Positions 1-10,582 of a stretch of 64,000 bases of DNA are shown here, in pieces; positions within the stretch are counted from its first letter, which is position 1, and each line of letters begins with the position of its first letter. The stretch covers positions 3,840,001 to 3,904,000 of the forward strand of contig OZ242318.1 of NCBI GenBank assembly GCA_965208105.1, in the 5' to 3' direction. The stretch is from Candidatus Latescibacterota bacterium. GTDB taxonomy: Bacteria > Latescibacterota > UBA2968 > UBA8231. Under the pieces are notes generated by a model. It saw only the letters and a list, made by a program, of their open reading frames with translations. It did not search any database and was not told the DNA's origin. The position numbers were made by a program, and so were the translations under genes.

Positions 1-2
1 TC

Positions 3-1712
3 GTGGTTTCGGCCACCAACCGCTACAACGAGTTCGGCCGCGATTTCATCGATGTGCGCCGTCGCTTCGTCGAGGCGGGAAACCGCAATTATCTCCAGGA
101 CATCGATACCTACCGCATGGTCCTGGGATTGGACCACCGGCTCATGGGCTTCGACTCCGACCTCTCTTTCTCCTACGGCCGCAGCGAGGGCACCAACGTC
201 AACGAGGGCAGGTTCATTCTCAATCGCGTAAGAAATGCCCTCGGGCCGGACGAGGATTGCACCGGTGACTGCGTCCCGCTGGATATCCTCCACGGCGCCG
301 GCACCATCACCCAACCGATGGTGGACTACATCCAGTACACCGGCATCGGCCGAGGCTATTCCCGGCAGCATATCCTGCAGTGGAACCTGACCGGGGAGGC
401 AGCGCGACTGCCTGCCGGTCCGCTGGCAGTGGCAGCCGGACTCTCCTCGCGCTGGGAGGCGGGGGCCTACCTCCCCGATCCCATGACCGCATCGGGAAAT
501 ACCACGGGCAGCAAAGCGTTTCCCACCGAGGGCTCGTACGCGGTCAGGGCGCTGTACGCCGAGGCTCGGCTGCCGCTCTACGAAGCAGGAGCCGTCAGCC
601 TCGATGCAACGGCGGCCGGACGCGCCTTCGACTACGACACCTTCGGCGGGGGCTTCACCTATGAGGCCGGAAGCCGTCTCCAGCTTCCCCGGGGCCTGGC
701 TCTCCGGGCGACTTCTTCCAATGCATTTCGCGCCCCCAGCATCGCCGAAATGTTCCTCGGAGTCAGCGATTCCTTTCCCCTGGTCAGCGATCCCTGCAGC
801 AGGGTGGACGAAGCGGGCAATGCCCGGGAATTGACCGAACAGCAGGAGCGGAATTGCGCCGACAAAGGCATCCCGGACGACTTCGAGGACTCGCGGGCAC
901 AGCTATTGGCAAAGCTGGGTGGGTCCACGGATCTCGATCCGGAAAAGGCCGCGATGATCACCGCAGGCGTGGTGTATCAGCCGGATTTCCCGGGGGGATT
1001 GGACCTGACCTTCGATTACTATACCACCAGGATCGAGGATGAGATCGGCGCCCTGCCAGCCGGCCTCATCCTGAGCAACTGCTACTCGCAGGACGCGCCG
1101 TCCGACTGCGATCAAGTCGTGCGCGACCCGGACAACCATCTGATCACCCGGATTCTGGCGACCAATACCAATATCGGGGAGACTGAAACCAGCGGCGTGG
1201 ATTTCGGACTTAACTACATCGCAGAAGCGCCCATTGGTGTTGTCTCGGCGCAGTTCGAGGGCAACATGCTGGTCAAGTACGAGCAAACGCTGCCCTCAGC
1301 CAGCGGTCCTGAGCTGGTCAAGGGCTTGGGTTACTACGATTTGGGCGTGTTTCCCAGGTGGCGGCATAGCGCTTCCGTCAGCTTGGCAAAGGAGCGTTTC
1401 TCCGTTGGGCTGACCTGGCGCTACGTGGGCGGATTCGAGGAGTGCGAAGACGATGACTGCAAGGGCAAGTACCGCGAGGACGTAGAAGAAGTACCTCCGA
1501 GCCGCAAGGTCGATCCCAACAGCCTCTTCAATGTGCGTGGATCCTACGAACAGGGGACGGCCCTTGGGCTCATCACCCTGACCGTCGGTATCAACAATCT
1601 ACTCGATCAGCCGCCGGCAGTGATCTTCAATGGGTTTCTCGGTACTTCTGATTCCAATACCTACGACTTCATGGGCCGCTACCCATACCTGCGCCTGTCC
1701 GTGGCCCGGTAG
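3..1712 (+). CDS. TonB-dependent outer membrane receptor, C-terminal part (5' end outside window)
   Basis: Barrel motifs AFRAPSIAEMF, LDPEKA, N-IG-ETSGVDF, GINNLLDQ-PP and YDFMGR near the C-terminus. Confidence 0.9.
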   Translation: MVSATNRYNEFGRDFIDVRRRFVEAGNRNYLQDIDTYRMVLGLDHRLMGFDSDLSFSYGRSEGTNVNEGRFILNRVRNALGPDEDCTGDCVPLDILHGAGTITQPMVDYIQYTGIGRGYSRQHILQWNLTGEAARLPAGPLAVAAGLSSRWEAGAYLPDPMTASGNTTGSKAFPTEGSYAVRALYAEARLPLYEAGAVSLDATAAGRAFDYDTFGGGFTYEAGSRLQLPRGLALRATSSNAFRAPSIAEMFLGVSDSFPLVSDPCSRVDEAGNARELTEQQERNCADKGIPDDFEDSRAQLLAKLGGSTDLDPEKAAMITAGVVYQPDFPGGLDLTFDYYTTRIEDEIGALPAGLILSNCYSQDAPSDCDQVVRDPDNHLITRILATNTNIGETETSGVDFGLNYIAEAPIGVVSAQFEGNMLVKYEQTLPSASGPELVKGLGYYDLGVFPRWRHSASVSLAKERFSVGLTWRYVGGFEECEDDDCKGKYREDVEEVPPSRKVDPNSLFNVRGSYEQGTALGLITLTVGINNLLDQPPAVIFNGFLGTSDSNTYDFMGRYPYLRLSVAR

Positions 1713-1833
1713 GGCCCCACTATATGCGTTAGATCCCTGGCGATACGGAGCGGTTGCAGGGACGGTCGCCCTCGAGGGCAGGAAGGTGCTGCTGTCGATG
1801 GGATTGGGCAGTAAGGAGAGTTCCGGGGCCGGA

Positions 1834-2652
1834 CTATGCAACCGCCCTCTGCCGCGACCACACCAGCGGGTTCATGGCCTCGTCCTCGAGGACGTCGCCG
1901 ATCTGGAGCTGGGCGGCTTGTTCCGGCGACAGGATGTTCTGGAGGCCGTTGAAGGTGGCGCCTTCGGGCATGTAGGAGCAGGTCATTGCCCGGCGCCAGC
2001 GGGGGGTCATGTTGGGGCCGGCCGCGTGGGAGATCATGCTGTTGTGAAGCGCCGCGCCTCCCGCCTCGAGCTCGATGGGAACGGCTTCCACGTCGTGCAG
2101 TTCCGGATAGATAGCGAAGAGGTCCTGCATGTCCGACCCGGTGGTGGAAGAGTCGAGGTCGTGGCGGGTCTTGCGATGCGACCCCGGCAGGTAGTAGAGG
2201 CAGCCGTTCTGCAGGGTTACGTCGTCGAGGGCAACCCAGATGGTGATCGAGTTGTAGGAGTGGAAAGACCACTTGGGATTGTCCATGTGCCAGGCGGTGG
2301 CATTGGCCCAGGGGCCTTTCTGCAGGGTCTGGTCGTGCCAGACGCGGATGCCGTCGATTCCGGCCAGGCGGCACAGCACCTCGCCCAGTGCGGGGTCGAG
2401 AAAATAGCGTTTGACCGTATCGTTGATCTTCCACAGATTGAGCCGCTGCAGGAAGACCTTGTTGTAGTTGACGTCGTCCACCAGGTCCCGTCTGCCCTCG
2501 CCGGCTACCCGCTGGCTTCCCGTTTGTTCGACCGCCGCGGCGATGGCGTCGAGAAGTTCCTCCACCTCGGCAGGGGAAAGAAAATCCTGCAGAATAGTGA
2601 AGCCGTCTCTCTGGTAGGCCTCGATTTGTTCCGGGGTTATTTCTATGTTCAT
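1834..2652 (-). CDS. Phytanoyl-CoA dioxygenase (PhyH) family Fe(II)/2-oxoglutarate dioxygenase
   Basis: Y-RDGF start, WHMD (HxD), WVALDD-T--NGCL-Y-PGSH, distal H-AGPN and R-A; RBS GAAGGAG. Confidence 0.92.
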   Translation of the reverse strand: MNIEITPEQIEAYQRDGFTILQDFLSPAEVEELLDAIAAAVEQTGSQRVAGEGRRDLVDDVNYNKVFLQRLNLWKINDTVKRYFLDPALGEVLCRLAGIDGIRVWHDQTLQKGPWANATAWHMDNPKWSFHSYNSITIWVALDDVTLQNGCLYYLPGSHRKTRHDLDSSTTGSDMQDLFAIYPELHDVEAVPIELEAGGAALHNSMISHAAGPNMTPRWRRAMTCSYMPEGATFNGLQNILSPEQAAQLQIGDVLEDEAMNPLVWSRQRAVA

Positions 2653-2879
2653 TTCAGCACTCCTTCAGGACCTGCGGGTTGGCGACTTCCGCGTGAATCC
2701 AGAAAATACTACAACCGCTCCTTGCCAGTCAACCTGCCCGCGGCCGATGACCTGAGACCGCCCGCCATCCCCCAGGGGCACGGCGCCACCGGGCACACCC
2801 GACACATTGGCAGCAATCGTCTATGGCAATCGACCGCGATTTACGGTCTTGCCCAACTGGAAAATCACTGGAGACAGCC

Positions 2880-4418
2880 ATGATATCACCCTTGCGGAAC
2901 CTGAATCCTCCCTATGAACTGCCCTCGAACATCATCTACTTTCACGACTGGCGCTACGTGCATCACGGGGCGCACTCCACCGGCTGGCGCAACAAGGAGG
3001 GAGAGTGGCTGCGGATCTGGACCAACGACCCGGTTCCGCCGCTGCGCTACGATCCGAGCTACATGCCCACCGGCATCAGGTTGAGAGCGAAACCGGCGCG
3101 CAAGAGCGATCCCTTCCTGCTGCCCGAGGCCGGCGAAGGCTTCCTCTGGTCCAACGGTCTCATCCATGAAGAGGGGCGCTACCGGCTCTGGTACGAGTCC
3201 TTTCCGGCCGAGCACGTGAACGACAAAGACCACCCGATGGGCGGCTACAACTACGTCTGCTACGCCGAGTCCGACGACGGGGAGACCTGGCGCCTGCCGT
3301 CCCTGGGGCTGATGGAGCGCAAGGGGTCCAGGGACAACAACATCGTCTATGGCCTGCCCCAGATCGAGGAAAGCGGACTCCAGGGGGCCACCGTGTTCAG
3401 GGATCCTTCGGCAGCGGCCGAGGAGCGCTACAAGATGATCTACGTAGGCCATCTGAGCGCGGCCATGAAGGAGCGCTATCTCCGGGACAGACCCGGTGAA
3501 GTGGGCCTCCTGAACCAGAATGCGGAGAAGTGGTCCGGGCTGTTCGGGGCATTTTCGCCGGATGGTCTGAGCTGGACCACCATTGCAGATCCCCTGGTCG
3601 CCCAGGTCAGCGATACCCACAATGTCTGCGAGTACGACCCGGTCCTGGGTCAGTACGTGGTGTATTGCCGCAGCCATTTCTTCAACCGCCGCACCATCGG
3701 CCGCATCGCCAGCGCGGACTTCCGCCGCATGCCCCTTTCCGGAGAGGTGTTCTGGCCCAGCGCGTCGGAGAAGCCCTATGACCTGTGGTACGCCAACGCC
3801 AAGACCACCATGCCCGGAGCCCCGGACTACCACATCATGTTCCCGCTGCGCTGGCGTCTGACCGACGACTCCTTCAGTTTCATGCTGGCTTCCAGTCCGG
3901 ACAACGTGGTGTGGAACTGGGTGCCGGGTGGGCCGGTGTGCGAGCCCGGGGACGCCGCCTGGGTGGACGGGGCCGCAGCTCCGGGGGTCGGCATGGTGGA
4001 TCTGCCCGGGGGGCGCATGGGAATCACCATGGTCGGCTCGCCGGAGCCCCACAAGCACCTGCGCCGGCCTCCCCACGGACACATCGCATGGGCATGGTGG
4101 CCCAGGGGTCGGCTGGTGGCCCTGGAGGCTCCCGTGGAGGGAAACTTCAGGACTTTTACAATCAAGACAGGCCGGCGAAGCATGCATCTCAATTTCAAGA
4201 CCGTCCCCGCCGGCAGTATCCAGGTGCAGGTCACCGACCGGCGCTACCAACCCCTTCCCGGGCGCTCGTTCGAGGACTGCGACTGGCTGGTGGGAGATCA
4301 TCTCGACCAGGTGGTGAGCTGGAGGGGGGAGACCGACCTGGGGCACGAGGGCGAGGAGCCCATCTCGGTGGGTTTCCGCATGCGCTGCGCCGAGCTCTAC
4401 AGCGTCGAGTTCAAGTGA
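2880..4418 (+). CDS. Hypothetical protein, GH32/GH43-like beta-propeller family
   Basis: Asp-box-like YAESDDG-TW and SPDG-SW motifs, VF-DP...RYKM, C-terminal FRMR-AELYS-EF; start moved to ATG 2880 behind GGAG. Confidence 0.7.
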   Translation: MISPLRNLNPPYELPSNIIYFHDWRYVHHGAHSTGWRNKEGEWLRIWTNDPVPPLRYDPSYMPTGIRLRAKPARKSDPFLLPEAGEGFLWSNGLIHEEGRYRLWYESFPAEHVNDKDHPMGGYNYVCYAESDDGETWRLPSLGLMERKGSRDNNIVYGLPQIEESGLQGATVFRDPSAAAEERYKMIYVGHLSAAMKERYLRDRPGEVGLLNQNAEKWSGLFGAFSPDGLSWTTIADPLVAQVSDTHNVCEYDPVLGQYVVYCRSHFFNRRTIGRIASADFRRMPLSGEVFWPSASEKPYDLWYANAKTTMPGAPDYHIMFPLRWRLTDDSFSFMLASSPDNVVWNWVPGGPVCEPGDAAWVDGAAAPGVGMVDLPGGRMGITMVGSPEPHKHLRRPPHGHIAWAWWPRGRLVALEAPVEGNFRTFTIKTGRRSMHLNFKTVPAGSIQVQVTDRRYQPLPGRSFEDCDWLVGDHLDQVVSWRGETDLGHEGEEPISVGFRMRCAELYSVEFK

Positions 4419-4490
4419 TACGGGGGTCGCGGCGCCGCGGCAGGAGGGCCTCCGGAGTTGCGCCCGCCACCGCGGCACGGGACGGGATTT

Positions 4491-5465
4491 TCAGCAGATC
4501 ATGCCGCGCTTGGCCCTGATTCCGTGAGCGGGCGGGTCCGGACCTATCCAGCGCTCGTCCGCTTCCTCCGAGGCCAACTGGTAGCGCGAATCCGACGAGA
4601 TGCGGATGCGGTCGCTGCGATTGTCCGAGCTGGCGTGCATGGTGAACATGCCGAAGACCAGCAGATCGCCGGCGCGGAACTCGGCGGTGATCCAGCGGCC
4701 CCCGAGTTCCTCCCGGGTCGCCACCGCGTCGGCGGAGTAGGACCCGGGTGAGTTCCAGCGTATGCTTTCCATTTCCCCGGCGCTCAGAGGGCGGTTTTCG
4801 CTGCGCGCCCTTTTCACCGTTTCTCCGGCGTTCCCTTCGTTCTCGCAGTAGATGTCGACATCGGTCTGCCCGTAGGTCCCCTTGAGGGTCTCGAGCCGGT
4901 GCGAGTTTTCCAGGAGCATGAGGCCGCCCATCTCGAAGGGCACGTCCCCCAGAGGGGTCCAGGAGGTGTAGAGTCTGCGGGTGCCTCGTCCCATGTAGAC
5001 GATGTCGTAGTGAGGAAGGGTAGGGGAAGCGGGGCCCGGGGTCTTGGCGCGGAACCAGGTATAGTCGAAATGGCGCACCGGCCCGCCCAGGAAAAACTCG
5101 TAGAAGGCCATCATGGGGCCGGCATACAGCACTCGGTCCAGGGCGGGGTTGTCCTGCGCCAGACGGGGCAGGAACCCGGTCAATTCGCATCCGGCCTTGA
5201 AGACCCCGTCCATGGGGGGATGGCGTTCGTCCAGAACTCCCCCGGCCGCCAGGCGCTCCATCACCTCCCTTCTGGCTTCCAGGACCTCCTCCCGGTCGAG
5301 CTGGCCCGGCAGGAAGAGGTAGCCGTCTTCCTCCATCCGGCGCCACAGCTCCGCCCTGTCGCCCGCCGCGTCGGCAGAAGACCGCAGGGCGCCGAAGCAA
5401 TCGGACGAGGTGTCTATTCTGCGGCCTCGGTAAGTCAATTCAGGAAGTTCAAGTTGTTGGACCAT
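4491..5465 (-). CDS. PhyH family dioxygenase
   Basis: EDGYLFL, PHYD (HxD), WTPLGD, F-AGD-LVF, HAS-DN, RIS-D-RYQ. Confidence 0.88.
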   Translation of the reverse strand: MVQQLELPELTYRGRRIDTSSDCFGALRSSADAAGDRAELWRRMEEDGYLFLPGQLDREEVLEARREVMERLAAGGVLDERHPPMDGVFKAGCELTGFLPRLAQDNPALDRVLYAGPMMAFYEFFLGGPVRHFDYTWFRAKTPGPASPTLPHYDIVYMGRGTRRLYTSWTPLGDVPFEMGGLMLLENSHRLETLKGTYGQTDVDIYCENEGNAGETVKRARSENRPLSAGEMESIRWNSPGSYSADAVATREELGGRWITAEFRAGDLLVFGMFTMHASSDNRSDRIRISSDSRYQLASEEADERWIGPDPPAHGIRAKRGMIC

Positions 5466-5546
5466 GGTAGATTCCTCCGGTTCTACATCGCAGTCGGGCC
5501 TTTCCCATCAGTCAAAGGCCCGGGAGAGGCGACCCGCGCAAAGCGA

Positions 5547-5575
5547 TTGACTCAATTGCCGGAACTTATTATTTT
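5547..5575 (+). promoter_or_regulatory. Putative sigma70 promoter of the DD-carboxypeptidase gene
   Basis: TTGACT-17 nt-TATTTT in an AT-rich intergenic region. Confidence 0.55.
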
Positions 5576-5641
5576 ATAAGTTCTTCCTGCGAATCTCCCT
5601 AACGCGACCAGATTCATTTATTCCGAACATAGAGAGAGAAT

Positions 5642-6778
5642 ATGTCATTGCACAAATCTACGCCTTTTTTCCTGTGGACGCTGCTTTTTGCAAGCCCCGG
5701 AGCCGCGGCGGAGTTCAATCCCGGCGCCAATCCGCCCTATGCCGCCGCCATTCTGGTGGAAGCCGAAACCGGCACCATCCTCTTCGAACACAATGCCCAG
5801 CTCCAGCGTTCGCCCGCCAGCACGCTGAAGCTCCTCTTCCAGCTGGTGGTGATGGATTTGCTGGAGGATGGAAGGGTGGACCTGGCCGAGGAGGTGCAGG
5901 TCTCGCGGGAAGCCAGCCGCATAGGGGGATCCCAGGTTTACCTGAAACAGGGCGAGGTCTTCACCCTGGAGAAAATGATGGAGGCCATCGCCATTTCCTC
6001 GGCCAACGACGCCTGCGCCGCGGTGGCCGAACATATCGGCGGTTCGGTTGAGGGGTTCGTCGACATGATGAACGACCACGCCGGCAGGCTCGGTCTCCAC
6101 CAGACCTACTTCGTAAACGTCCACGGCCTCGACGATACTCCCAGATCCAACCGCAACCTGACCACCGCGTACGATCTCGCCCAGATCGCCCGGGCCCTGG
6201 TTCGCTACCCGCTGGCTCTCGAGTGGTCCTCCATCCGCCGCAAGCCCTTCCGCCCCGGGAAGTTCACCCTCTACAACACCAACGGGATGCTGGGAAGGTT
6301 CAGGGGTATGGACGGTCTCAAGACCGGCTATACCTCGCGTGCCGGCTCCTGCCTGGTGGCCACCGCCCAGCGCCGCAACATGCGCCTGATCTCGGTAATC
6401 CTCGGAGCCAGAAGCGAAAGGGTCCGCAAGCGCGAGACCGCCAGGATCCTGAACTGGGGATTCAACACCTACAAGCGGGTGCCCCTGGCGCAGGCCGGGG
6501 AAACCATGGGCCAGGTAGTGCTCGAATGGGGCAAGGAGCCGGGAGTGGAAGCCCAGGCCCGCGACACCGTGATCGCCATCCTCAGCTTCGAACAGGCGAA
6601 GCGGATTCAGCACTGGATCGAGCTTCCCAGCGAGTATCCAGCTCCCGTCGACGCCGGCGACGAGCTCGGAATGCTCAAAGTCTCTTTGGGGGACAGCCTC
6701 CTGGCCACCGTCGAGCTGGTGGCCGCCAGGAGCGTCGACAGCATGGGGATGTGGGAAAGACTGATGAGCTACTTTTAG
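5642..6778 (+). CDS. dacA: D-alanyl-D-alanine carboxypeptidase (peptidase S11, PBP5/6)
   Basis: Signal peptide; SxxK (PASTLK), SxN (SAN), KTG (LKTGYT), HGL; C-terminal PBP5 domain. Confidence 0.93.
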   Translation: MSLHKSTPFFLWTLLFASPGAAAEFNPGANPPYAAAILVEAETGTILFEHNAQLQRSPASTLKLLFQLVVMDLLEDGRVDLAEEVQVSREASRIGGSQVYLKQGEVFTLEKMMEAIAISSANDACAAVAEHIGGSVEGFVDMMNDHAGRLGLHQTYFVNVHGLDDTPRSNRNLTTAYDLAQIARALVRYPLALEWSSIRRKPFRPGKFTLYNTNGMLGRFRGMDGLKTGYTSRAGSCLVATAQRRNMRLISVILGARSERVRKRETARILNWGFNTYKRVPLAQAGETMGQVVLEWGKEPGVEAQARDTVIAILSFEQAKRIQHWIELPSEYPAPVDAGDELGMLKVSLGDSLLATVELVAARSVDSMGMWERLMSYF

Positions 6779-6802
6779 GCCGGCCTTCTCCAGGAGACCT
6801 CC

Positions 6803-7657
6803 ATGAGCGCTCTCACTCCCGCCCAACTCGACTTCTTCCAAACCCAGGGCTACCTGATCCTCGAGGATGTTCTCGAACCGGCGGCCTTCGCACCTCTCAT
6901 CGCCGAAATCGACGCCATCGTCGACCGGGCCGCGCGCGAGGCCCACTCCCGCGGCGAACTAGCCGATCTGCACGCCGGCCTGTCTTTCTCCAGGCGCCTG
7001 GTCCACGTCCAGTCCCAGTTGGCCGATCCCGCTGCGCTGCTGGGGCAACTCAAGGGCAAGCTCAAGACCGAGGGCATGTTCCACATCATGACCCAACCGG
7101 GCCTGCTGGACATTGTCGAATCGATTATCGGCCCCGAAATACTGGTCCACCCCCAGTACAACCTGCGCGCCAAGTTGCCCAACCAGGACGTCACCGTGGT
7201 CCCCTGGCACCAGGACCTGGGCTATTTGAAGCCCGACGCCGAAGGGACCTTCATGGTCAATTTCTGGGTACCCCTGGTCGACGCCACCGTGGAAAACGGC
7301 AGCCTGGAGATCATCGCCGGAAGCCACCGCGCCCCGCTGATCGGCCACCGCCACGGCATGGGGCCCGGCGCCAACTTCAAGGGCATCACCGATGAACACC
7401 TGCCCCCAGGCGAGCGCGTGCCTTGCCTCCTGAAGGCGGGAGGGGTGGTTGTCCTCCAGCACAAGACCATTCACCGCTCCATCCCCAACCACTCCGACCA
7501 CGTCCGCTGGAGTCTGGACCTGCGCTACAGCGATCCGGCCATGCCCAGCGGCCGCGACTACATGCCCGGCTTCATCGCCCGCAGCCGCTCCGCTCCCGAC
7601 ACCGTTGCGCAAAGCGTCGAAGACTGGCTGGCTTTGTACGAGGGCATCGAGCTGTAA
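6803..7657 (+). CDS. PhyH family dioxygenase
   Basis: FFQTQGYL, PWHQD, WVPLVDAT-ENG-L, HRS-PN-S, RWSLDLRY; RBS AGGAG. Confidence 0.92.
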   Translation: MSALTPAQLDFFQTQGYLILEDVLEPAAFAPLIAEIDAIVDRAAREAHSRGELADLHAGLSFSRRLVHVQSQLADPAALLGQLKGKLKTEGMFHIMTQPGLLDIVESIIGPEILVHPQYNLRAKLPNQDVTVVPWHQDLGYLKPDAEGTFMVNFWVPLVDATVENGSLEIIAGSHRAPLIGHRHGMGPGANFKGITDEHLPPGERVPCLLKAGGVVVLQHKTIHRSIPNHSDHVRWSLDLRYSDPAMPSGRDYMPGFIARSRSAPDTVAQSVEDWLALYEGIEL

Positions 7658-7697
7658 GCCGGGCCTCGCGCAACCGTGCTGTCGCGGGGGTGATTCA

Positions 7698-8360
7698 TCA
7701 GCGCCCGGAGAGCGGCATGTTGTAGCGCAGCTCGTCCAGTCCCAGCACCCCGGTGGCACGCACCCGGCGAAACTCCGCGCCCTTCTGGTACATGATGCCG
7801 AAGAATCCGCAGTGGGATAGGGCGTAGTCCAGGCCGGGCCTCCGGTCCGGGTGGGTGCAGGCGTAGTTGAGCCATTGCGAAGCTTCAACCCGCAGGTCGA
7901 TTCGGTTGAACTCCCAGTCTCCAACCCCGATGGATACCTCCTGCAGTTGCCGCCAGGTGGTCAGGTATTTGGTGTCGTCGATGTAGGCGGCGATGAACAC
8001 GTATGGCGCGTAACCCTCCGCCACGGTGATCTCCTCCAGCTCTTTCAGGTAGAAGGTGGCCGTGGTGTCGCGCAGGTCGAAGGTGGTGCTCGGAGTCCAC
8101 CAGACCGGGGTGGACTCCACGTAGAACTGGTCTGAATCCTCGCCGGGAAGAGCCAGGTATCCCCGGCTGCCCTCGGCGCCGCCCCCCTCCTGGACCAGCT
8201 CGAAGGCGTTTTCGGGGCTGGTGGAGAAGAACTCCCCATCGTAGGTGCGATTGGGCACCGGCGATGCCTGCGATCCCAACCTGGCCACCTTCTTGACCGG
8301 ATCGGGACCGTCGAAACTGTAGTGTACCTGGAAAGATCCATCTTTCAGCGAGTAGTGCAC
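7698..8360 (-). CDS. Hypothetical protein
   Basis: Coding-like ORF; GTG at 8360 preceded by strong RBS AAGGAGGAG. Confidence 0.7.
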   Translation of the reverse strand: MHYSLKDGSFQVHYSFDGPDPVKKVARLGSQASPVPNRTYDGEFFSTSPENAFELVQEGGGAEGSRGYLALPGEDSDQFYVESTPVWWTPSTTFDLRDTTATFYLKELEEITVAEGYAPYVFIAAYIDDTKYLTTWRQLQEVSIGVGDWEFNRIDLRVEASQWLNYACTHPDRRPGLDYALSHCGFFGIMYQKGAEFRRVRATGVLGLDELRYNMPLSGR

Positions 8361-8516
8361 GGTCGCTCCTCCTTTTGTTGTCATCCACCGCGAGAACCGC
8401 CGGGGTCCCACCGCACCGCAGATGCGGCACAGTCGGCGGGTGCATCACCTGCGGCCGATGGTCGTTCCGGGCTGCGGGTATGGTGAGGCCGGCAGGGCCC
8501 CGTGTATGGCAGGTTC

Positions 8517-9662
8517 TCAGATATAGTTGGTCGAACCGTCCGGCGCCCTGCTGCTTTTGCGTTCCCAGTGAACGTAGGCGCCGGCCTTGACGGCTTCCTC
8601 ATCCACCTCCACGCCGAGGCCGGGGCGGTCGGGGCGCAGCTCCAGGAACCCGTTCACGGGCAGGTAGGGCTCGTCCAGCCAGTCCAGTGCGTTGTCCTCG
8701 TCGGGGAGCCTGTATTCCAGGATCTTGAAATTGGGAGTGGCGGCGGCGAAGTGAAGGTTGACCGCGGTGGCCAGCGGTCCCATGGGGTTGTGGGGCGCCA
8801 CCGTCACGTAGTGGGCCTGGGCGATGGCGGCGATCTTGCGCATCTCCAGCAAGCCGCCGCAGATGCAGATGTCCGGCTGTATGATATCGGCCCCGTTCCC
8901 CGACATCAGATCGAGGAATTCGAAGCGGGTGTAGAGGGACTCGCCGGTCGCCAGCGGGACCAGCATCTGGGCACGCAGCCGGGACCAGGCGTCCCTGTTT
9001 TCGGGCCTCAGCGGCTCCTCGAAGAACAGGGGATCGTATGGGGCGAGGGCGTTGGCCAGCTGCAGGGCGCGAATGGGCTCGAAAATGCGCGCGTGAGGAT
9101 CGAAGGCGATCTCCCAATCGTCCTCGGTGTGGCGCCGCAGGGCCTCGAAGTAATCGGCGGCGGCGGCGCACACCCGGCCCCAGCGGTTGGCGCTGGGGTC
9201 GAGGCGGAAGGGGCTGGTCTTGAACGCCGTGATGCCGTGGTCTTCGTTGAGCCGGCGGGCGGCGCCCGCGGCTTCCTCGCCGTCCTTTCCGCCGATGCTG
9301 CGGTAGACCTGTATGCGGTCGCGCACCGCGCCGCCCAGGAGCATGTAAACCGGCAGTCCGGCGGCCTTGCCGCTGATGTCCCACAGGGCATGGTCGAGGC
9401 CCGACATGGCCGAGAGACCGACCGCGCCCGGGGGAAACCGCATCTGCTGAAACAGCTTGAGCATGATGAATTCGATCCGCCGCGGATCTTCCCCTTTGAT
9501 CAGCTCAAAGATATAGTCCAGGGTGGGGCCGAGGGCCAGGTCGGGCCCGAAGTTGTAGCACTCCCCCCATCCATGAATGCCCTCATCGGTCTCGACCTTC
9601 ACCAGGGCGCGGGGCCGTTCTCCGGCATTGGTAGTAAAGGTCCTGATTGCGGTGATTTTCAT
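8517..9662 (-). CDS. Mandelate racemase/muconate lactonizing enzyme family protein (galactonate dehydratase-like)
   Basis: VKVETDEGI-GWGE, SG-D-ALWDI-GK, LLGG-VRD, DPH, EEP, TGE, QPD, APHNP-GP. Confidence 0.92.
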   Translation of the reverse strand: MKITAIRTFTTNAGERPRALVKVETDEGIHGWGECYNFGPDLALGPTLDYIFELIKGEDPRRIEFIMLKLFQQMRFPPGAVGLSAMSGLDHALWDISGKAAGLPVYMLLGGAVRDRIQVYRSIGGKDGEEAAGAARRLNEDHGITAFKTSPFRLDPSANRWGRVCAAAADYFEALRRHTEDDWEIAFDPHARIFEPIRALQLANALAPYDPLFFEEPLRPENRDAWSRLRAQMLVPLATGESLYTRFEFLDLMSGNGADIIQPDICICGGLLEMRKIAAIAQAHYVTVAPHNPMGPLATAVNLHFAAATPNFKILEYRLPDEDNALDWLDEPYLPVNGFLELRPDRPGLGVEVDEEAVKAGAYVHWERKSSRAPDGSTNYI

Positions 9663-9849
9663 TGACTTCCTCTTGGAAAACGCGGTAAGATGACCATTGA
9701 AGATTCAGGCTCCAGACTCTCCAAAGGTAAATGAAACGCTCCCAGGAACGCCAATTAATCGAAACTGATCGGAACCGGGGAATCGATCGAGTGACCTGCC
9801 CCCGCGAAATGGTGCGCCGGGTTTCTGTTTGAAATCGGTTCTTCTCCTC

Positions 9850-9914
9850 GAATTGGCAGTAGTAGTCGAGGTGGAACAATAGGCAAGCTTGATTGCGAGC
9901 AATGCGCCTGCGGC
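9850..9914 (+). pseudogene. 3'-end scar of a CARDB-like lipoprotein gene plus its downstream spacer
   Basis: Encodes ELAVVVEVEQ*; closely matches 16884-16948 (ELVLVVEVEQ* and the following spacer). Confidence 0.7.
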
Positions 9915-10058
9915 CTGGGAAGAAATAAATTTGAGAGTAGGCGGAAAATTGATTTTGCGGACACTTTTCTTGGTTTTGGCCCTGCTGGATTATGCCTATT
10001 TTTTTCATGGATTCGAAATTTTGCTTCGTCCTGCACCATTCACCCGGAAGCTTGAATC

Positions 10059-10565
10059 ATGATCAGGTGTCTGTTGTGTGCATGTTTGCCCATCATTCTT
10101 CTCTACTGCGCCCGCAAGGGGGAGAATCCCCTGCCAGTAGAGCCGATCATGCCTTTACCAGACTACGATCTCGAGGCCACATCCTTAGAGTTTCGGACTG
10201 ATCCGAGCAAAGATCCTACCACTACCTTCCGTGTGGGTGAGGACCTGTGGGTGCGTTTTGCCATAAGCAACGTCGGAGTGCAACCTGTACGAAGGAAAGA
10301 CTTTAACTATTCTCTGCACCAAAATGATACAATCATCCAGCGCGCCCTGACGGAGCGGGGGACATGGCCAATCTATGATGGCCCCCCACTGGCGCCTGGG
10401 GACCAATATGAAATTTGGAAGTCGCCCCCCTATTCCCGTGAATGGACCTTTACGCAGAATCCAGGCACCTATGAGCTCAAGCTGGAAGTACTTTTACACC
10501 CTCAGTACGAGGAGCTGTTGAAAGACGACAACGTATTCACCCTGACGGTCGAGGTGAAGGAATAG
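10059..10565 (+). CDS. Putative lipoprotein, CARDB/Ig-like domain (copy L1)
   Basis: Hydrophobic leader ending LLYC; ENP, DYDL, NVG, PLAPG, PGTYEL and EE..KDDN motifs. Confidence 0.8.
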   Translation: MIRCLLCACLPIILLYCARKGENPLPVEPIMPLPDYDLEATSLEFRTDPSKDPTTTFRVGEDLWVRFAISNVGVQPVRRKDFNYSLHQNDTIIQRALTERGTWPIYDGPPLAPGDQYEIWKSPPYSREWTFTQNPGTYELKLEVLLHPQYEELLKDDNVFTLTVEVKE

Positions 10566-10582
10566 GTGAGAGCACAGACCGG

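Noticed and set aside
9583-10039. Minus-strand ORFs of 141, 65 and 94 aa
   Set aside because: Lie in the AT-rich divergent intergenic region containing a + strand gene scar; no motifs
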